Below, piece after piece: positions 59,096 to 64,000 of a stretch of DNA of 64,000 nucleotides. Below the pieces are notes generated by a model that ran no database searches, was not told where the DNA came from, and worked only from the letters and a program-made list of their open reading frames with translations. The stretch lies in the IMG/VR virus record IMGVR_UViG_3300045988_154277; one strand, written 5' to 3'. This DNA is from a virus. The stretch's first letter is position 1, and each line of letters starts with the position of its first letter. The translations under genes and the position numbers were made by a program.

Positions 59096-59366
59096 CTATG
59101 CAGGTTGTTCAGCTTCGTCGAACTGTCTGGGATCGTTGATATAACAGTTCAAGGCGATCGCTGCTTCTTTCGTGATCATGACATCACTTGTGATCCCGAT
59201 GTCATCTCCCGCCAACAGTACATTAGCAGGGTGCATGTTCATTAATGCAGGTATCATTTGCAACTCTTTGATGGATACTCCATTCATCGCTACTACCCGT
59301 GCCTTATACACGGGGCTAGACTGTCCTTTCGTCATATGTACACGTGCACTTGTACAGTTAGACATA
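59096..59366 (-). CDS. hypothetical protein (about 90 aa)
   Basis: GGAG SD before MSNCTSARVH. The tracked ORF extends further into GC-rich non-coding sequence. Confidence 0.3.
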
Positions 59367-60123
59367 CCGTCTCCAGTCGTTGAAGCGGATCTATCAAGTT
59401 GAACTCCTTCAGTACCCGTTAAGTACCTCAACCGTGGTCTATCGGGCTCGCTAGACGCTACTCTAGCACCTTCTCTCTTCGTGGAGATGTGCGCTTCGCA
59501 CCCTACTACCTTACCCCTCACCCGGCAGGCCATTCACTTGATATATTTAGATCTGAGCTGCTGATAGCACCATTTTGCTGATCATACACATCGACTGTAA
59601 CCATCTATGTTCAACATATAGCAAATCAAGGTTGTTACACCAAAATTACAGTCGTATGCATCATCAACCATCGATAGAGAACCGGAGTGTGGTCAAGATA
59701 GAGCAACACGTATCGAATGTGCGCTACAACACCAGCCACGCGATGTATCTCCAGCTTTTATTTCATCTCATCGACATCCCAAGACGTTGTTTCTGTCTCA
59801 CGACACCTCAGTGAGGTCTCTTGGGCTTTAGGACGTCCCAGCTATTTACGGTAATTCACGCACACAGTTTCCTGTATACGGGCCAATGATCGGTTAGATC
59901 ATAAGCATCTCCATCATAGTCACTTACATTCCAAGTACTAGCGTGTGATTCAAGTACTCCGGTTCGCTTAAGGAACCTGCCCATACTCTTCGTATGGAAA
60001 TCGATTATATCTCAACCCTCAGCTTGATCTGTTAGGGCAACCTTCGTTTACGTCTACCATTACACACGTTGTAGACCTACGTGGTCTTTCACCACTAATC
60101 TGTGAACACATCCTGATAATAGT

Positions 60124-60208
60124 TTGGTAGGCGATAAGGGACTCGAACCCTTACGTCTTACGACACTGGATCCTAAATCCAGAGCGTCTACCAATTCCGC
60201 CAATCGCC
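60124..60208 (-). tRNA. tRNA-Leu (UAG), type II, CCA encoded
   Basis: Anticodon arm CTGGA-TTTAGGA-TCCAG, long variable arm GTCGTAAGACGT, T-arm AAGGG-TTCGAGT-CCCTT, 3' ACCA. Confidence 0.7.
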
Positions 60209-60211
60209 CAA

Positions 60212-60287
60212 ATGGAGCCCCGTGCAGGAATTGAACCCGCCTCCCAACCTTACAAGGGTTGACTTGAGCCACTCAAGCTAACGGGGC
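60212..60287 (-). tRNA. tRNA-Thr (UGU), CCA encoded
   Basis: Acceptor GCCCCGT/ACGGGGC, anticodon arm CAACC-CTTGTAA-GGTTG, T-arm GCGGG-TTCAATT-CCTGC, 3' TCCA. Confidence 0.65.
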
Positions 60288-60982
60288 ATTATCAAGACTT
60301 CGTTACTGGTTACACATTATGACCATCCCTTAGCACGTATATTTGTACGCTTTTATTTCAGCATAGGACATCTCGATGTTTCTTTCTATCTTTCGATCAC
60401 ATTCACGCCCGCCTTTTGAGCCACGTTGTAGTACATCGAGCTTTAGTTGCTTCCAGTTATTAGAAGGTTTACGCACCACATCCTTTCAGATATAGTGTTC
60501 TGTGCTAACCCCTTGATAATCAAGATGTTAGACAAAATTTGGGGCCGCGGATATTTCGGGAGATACTCCTATCGTCACATCTCCATACTCGCGTTTGAAC
60601 TTTGTTGCAAATAATGTAAATATGGCACCTAGTCGAAGGGACGGATTCCTGCCAACACCTATGTTCGTTACAAGACGCTACTCTTATAACCGCGCCATTA
60701 CGCGCAGTACTACTTTCGTAGTTCTTAGGTCAGACTAGATCTCAAACTTGACTATCGTCAAGCCCACTACCGTTTCCATCACCATATCGCTTGTGATGTA
60801 CTCCCGGAGATTAACCCGGGATAGTCGTTGCACCGTATCTCTCCGTTAAGGAGAGGCTTGGCCAGGGTTAGCATATACCTCACGATACTTAGCGTTCCCT
60901 GTTTTCAGTAGTGTCTGCTACGGGGTATCACTATCCCGTAGTCCTTGTAGTTTGACAGCTTACTTTGTCAATAAGTTGTCAA

Positions 60983-62134
60983 TTACGTTAAGAGACAGGT
61001 CAATCCCCTTACATAGTCCATGCCATATTTTCTGCACTCTTCTTTGCACTCTTCGATCAGAACATGCAACAGGTTGTAGATGTCCTCATCGAACTTTGCC
61101 AATGCAGCGTTGTGTTTCGCTACCGCTTGCGGTATCGTCAATCCCATCCGTTTGGTCATCAGATTGATCAATTCCAATTTCCAACAGACCACACCGATCA
61201 GGTATGGAAGATGGAGTTCATCCGCTTCATGTGGTTCGGTGATCGGTACGATCACACCTCGGAACGAACAATGGAGTCGTGCACCCATAACCAACTTACG
61301 GATATAACCGATCTTACTGATCAGTTTCACCTTGGAGATCAGAGTGCTGTATTCCACGATCGACCGTTGGATCTCCCACATCCGTTGATCCACGAACTTG
61401 GGACCAACTGTTCCATAGTTGAATACGTAGATCAGAGCGGACAACTCTGCTTTCGCATCCAAGATCGCTTCCACGGTATCATCACTGTATTGCATGGTAC
61501 CGGAGGTTGTGATCAGATGGAGAGCTTGGTTCAACACCGGAATATGTCGAATGAAGATCCTGTTGCGATAGCGCTGGATATATTCGGCGATCCCTTCTGA
61601 CCTAGCTCTTGCGGATGGTTGTTTTAACGGCGCATAATCGTTGAGGAAGAACCTTACGATGTCGTCGAAGTTATTGTAGAAATACTCAAACCCCTGACCG
61701 AGCAGTCCTTTCAACGGTTGCGGTAACTCAACATCGACATTGAGTAAGGACTCCAATATCGATACGGATTTGCACTTACCGAGCCACTTATCCAACACTC
61801 GATAGACTGCAGGATGGATGACACTTGGTGCAAAAGGAGGCAACTCCAACCAAGCACGGAACTTCACCTTATCGGCGAAGTAAGTACGAACAGGTGTATG
61901 ACACCTGCTACACACAGTGCCTTCATAGAAGTTACCTTCGAGATGTCCACACTCACAAGATGCGACGAAGTTCAGTTCCTTGACACCGTCCTGGAATAGG
62001 TTCTGGATCTGTTCTCTCATCTGACTCTTGGATGTGAACTGCTGATCACAAGGGATGACTTTCGCATCCGGATCCTCCCAGAACATCTTCTCGTAGTCTG
62101 TCGGGATCAACCGTACAAGTTTCCGTGTTGCCAC
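60983..62134 (-). CDS. RNA polymerase beta-prime N-terminal fragment (split multisubunit RNAP)
   Basis: Zinc-binding cluster CECGHLEGNFYEGTVCSRCH matches the CxC...CxxC N-terminal module of beta-prime. GARLHCSFRGVIVPITEP matches the beta-prime segment KRVDYSGRSVI. Confidence 0.5.
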   Translation of the reverse strand: MATRKLVRLIPTDYEKMFWEDPDAKVIPCDQQFTSKSQMREQIQNLFQDGVKELNFVASCECGHLEGNFYEGTVCSRCHTPVRTYFADKVKFRAWLELPPFAPSVIHPAVYRVLDKWLGKCKSVSILESLLNVDVELPQPLKGLLGQGFEYFYNNFDDIVRFFLNDYAPLKQPSARARSEGIAEYIQRYRNRIFIRHIPVLNQALHLITTSGTMQYSDDTVEAILDAKAELSALIYVFNYGTVGPKFVDQRMWEIQRSIVEYSTLISKVKLISKIGYIRKLVMGARLHCSFRGVIVPITEPHEADELHLPYLIGVVCWKLELINLMTKRMGLTIPQAVAKHNAALAKFDEDIYNLLHVLIEECKEECRKYGMDYVRGLTCLLT

Positions 62135-62231
62135 CTTGTACTCCTTGTTATTGGGTTCCTGTGAAAAATAGAAGAGGATAGCCTGGATCTATCCTCCCCT
62201 ATAAGGTTACTGCTGTTTACTCTGATCGAGA

Positions 62232-63815
62232 TCAGAGGCAGTAGATGCTCTGCTGATTGGCGTACGGATACTGACCAACCATGACACGGTTCATCTGGGA
62301 GAACCCAGTGAAGTCGTTCGCCTGAGAAGTCATCAGAGGCGCAACGCTGTAGGTCGAGCTGGACGGAGTATCGTAGTTGAGCTTGACGCCCGCCTGATTC
62401 AGGATGGTCGCGATCGCGATCGCGAGTTTGCTGTCGAGGACCACGGTCGTGGTGGTGTAGAGATTCTCAACACCATCGGAGAAGATCCCCTTGACTTCGT
62501 TGATGTGTCCTTCCGGAAGGTTGGACTGACGCAGCAGAGGACGGATCTTGCTGAGGGCGTTCTGCATCTTCGGAGCCAGACGGAGGTAGTCCACCCAACG
62601 GGTGTCCTTGCCGATGCCGTTCTCCTGGTACACACCGGTGAAGTTCCGGCACATCCAGACAGCGACGTCACGTCCGAGGATCTCCGGACCGAACCCACCG
62701 TAGATGCCGTTGCCGAGGAACATCTGCAGAGACGCCACGAACTCAGCACGCTTGTCCTGATAGATCATGGCATCGATGCCGACCGGACGCGCACGTCCTT
62801 CGGTGATGTCGACCGCGAGGAACGGTTTGATCAGCGACTCGTTCACGAAGCGATGGAACTCGTCCACGCTGGTGATGTTGTAGGGCTGCTGAGTCTTCGG
62901 ATCCGTGTACAGGTTGCCGAGGTTCGGCTGATCCTTCTGAGCGAAGGAGGCGTACGGACGGCTCCACAGGGACTGCATGATGAACGCATCGGTCGCCACG
63001 GAGAGCGCCAGGGCCATCAGGTTCTGGTTCGGGATCTTGCAGATCACGTCGGTGATCACGGCAACCGGGATGAACTTACCCGCACCGGTATCTTCAGGAG
63101 AGAGGATACGGGTGTAGCCGGTGATCGCCATGAACGGCTGCTGATCGATTTCTGGCTGACCGAACCGGTTCGTGGTGCCGGTGGGCACGTCGATGCAGAG
63201 CAGGATGCCGATATCGTTCCGAGCCGGAACCGCATGCGGGCTGTTCTTGGAGGTCCAGTCATCGACCGCTTCTTTGCGGGTGATCACGGAGAACCGTTCG
63301 TTGCGGAGGGACTCGACGTTCAGGACGCTGCCACGAACGCAGGAGTTGATCGAGTTCATGATGAACGCGGCCATGTTGTCCGCCTTGGCATAGTCTTCTT
63401 TGCGAACCACGATGGACTGCAGAAGCTTCGCATCGCCGCGCATGTTCTTCAGCATGTTCGCGAAGTCACGGGACTGTTCGGAGATGCTGTTGCTGTCGAC
63501 AGCGCCATAGGTTTCAGCGAAGATCAGGTTGATCGCGAACTTCGACTGTTCGTCGATGAACGCACGCCCTTCCGCACGGGTCGTCGCGATCGGATAGGAA
63601 CTGATCGTGGACTTGAAGTCGACCAATTTCTTGTCGATCTTCTGGATGTAGAACTGACCTTCTTCGGACAGTCCGGTTGCCGATGCGGTTCCTTTCAGGA
63701 ACTCGCTCAGGCGGATGGCGTTCGGGATGGTGGTCTTCGGAGCGGCGTTGTCCATCGGCGAAGATCCGTTCATGTTGGTGTTGTTGGCTGTGGAGCCAGC
63801 GGTTTTCTGTGCCAT
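62232..63815 (-). CDS. abundant 527-aa protein; phage-nucleus shell (chimallin-like) protein is one hypothesis
   Basis: TAAGGAGG SD. GC3-rich host-optimised codons. It lies immediately upstream of the beta-prime fragment gene, which matches my recollection of phiKZ gp54-gp55 synteny. The antisense 448-aa ORF is a shadow. No sequence motif was recognised. Confidence 0.3.
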   Translation of the reverse strand: MAQKTAGSTANNTNMNGSSPMDNAAPKTTIPNAIRLSEFLKGTASATGLSEEGQFYIQKIDKKLVDFKSTISSYPIATTRAEGRAFIDEQSKFAINLIFAETYGAVDSNSISEQSRDFANMLKNMRGDAKLLQSIVVRKEDYAKADNMAAFIMNSINSCVRGSVLNVESLRNERFSVITRKEAVDDWTSKNSPHAVPARNDIGILLCIDVPTGTTNRFGQPEIDQQPFMAITGYTRILSPEDTGAGKFIPVAVITDVICKIPNQNLMALALSVATDAFIMQSLWSRPYASFAQKDQPNLGNLYTDPKTQQPYNITSVDEFHRFVNESLIKPFLAVDITEGRARPVGIDAMIYQDKRAEFVASLQMFLGNGIYGGFGPEILGRDVAVWMCRNFTGVYQENGIGKDTRWVDYLRLAPKMQNALSKIRPLLRQSNLPEGHINEVKGIFSDGVENLYTTTTVVLDSKLAIAIATILNQAGVKLNYDTPSSSTYSVAPLMTSQANDFTGFSQMNRVMVGQYPYANQQSIYCL

Positions 63816-63900
63816 AGTAATTCCTCCTTATGGCTGTTCTTGGGTTGTTAATGTTTTGTGCACAAATCATCACACGACCCACTCGTACGATGATTCTATT

Positions 63901-63922
63901 TAGTTATATATAGGTGAGACTC
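63901..63922 (+). promoter_or_regulatory. AT-rich conserved intergenic motif, copy h
   Basis: TAGTTATATATAGGTGAGACTC, about 85 nt from the start of the abundant 527-aa gene on the minus strand. Confidence 0.35.
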
Positions 63923-64000
63923 TGTTGAAGAAAATCCTACCCAGAGCATGCTATGTCAAACAGAAAAGGAATCTTCTCATGTTCAACATCATTTTGAAAT

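Noticed and set aside
62505-63851. 448-aa plus-strand ORF
   Set aside because: It is a shadow of the GC3-rich minus-strand 527-aa gene, which has a TAAGGAGG SD.
1-64000. CRISPR arrays, integrase or attachment sites, rRNA genes
   Set aside because: No spaced direct-repeat arrays, no tyrosine or serine recombinase motifs, and no rRNA-like sequence were seen. The only mobile element evident is the TnpB IS.

Overview
This window reads as a 64-kb fragment of a large virulent (jumbo) bacteriophage genome. It is densely packed with genes that have Shine-Dalgarno sites and are separated by many perfect stem-loop terminators. From about 10 kb onward most genes are on the minus strand. Recognisable content follows. 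A split multisubunit RNA polymerase: a stand-alone beta-like fragment gene at 45..1241 and a beta-prime N-terminal fragment at 60983..62134, the arrangement described for phiKZ-like nucleus-forming phages. Nucleotide metabolism: dUTPase, flavin-dependent thymidylate synthase ThyX, dCMP deaminase, and an acyl carrier protein. Replication and recombination: the N-terminal half of a family-B DNA polymerase with no C-terminal half adjacent, a DnaB-like helicase with a degenerate P-loop, a UvsX/RecA-like recombinase, Rad50/SbcC and Mre11/SbcD homologues, and a RuvC-like resolvase. Packaging and structure: a T4-type large terminase, a 745-aa major-capsid candidate, and a tail-fibre module with a His-rich fibre and a BspA-type leucine-rich-repeat protein. 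The tail-fibre module ends in three tandem small paralogs that carry G10 homopolymer tracts. RNA genes: four tRNAs (Pro, Gln, Leu, Thr) plus an aberrant 134-nt tRNA-like element, and two ORF-poor blocks of roughly 1.0 and 1.5 kb. Unusual features: a TnpB-only IS200/IS605-family element with subterminal hairpins and room for an omega-RNA; an AT-rich 22-25-nt motif found eight times, always on the plus strand; strong GATC over-representation; three genes with GC3-rich codon usage (capsid candidate, a 157-aa protein, and a 527-aa protein next to the beta-prime fragment that may be a phage-nucleus shell protein); and a highly acidic 550-aa protein. All functional calls rest on motifs read by eye and need confirmation by profile searches.
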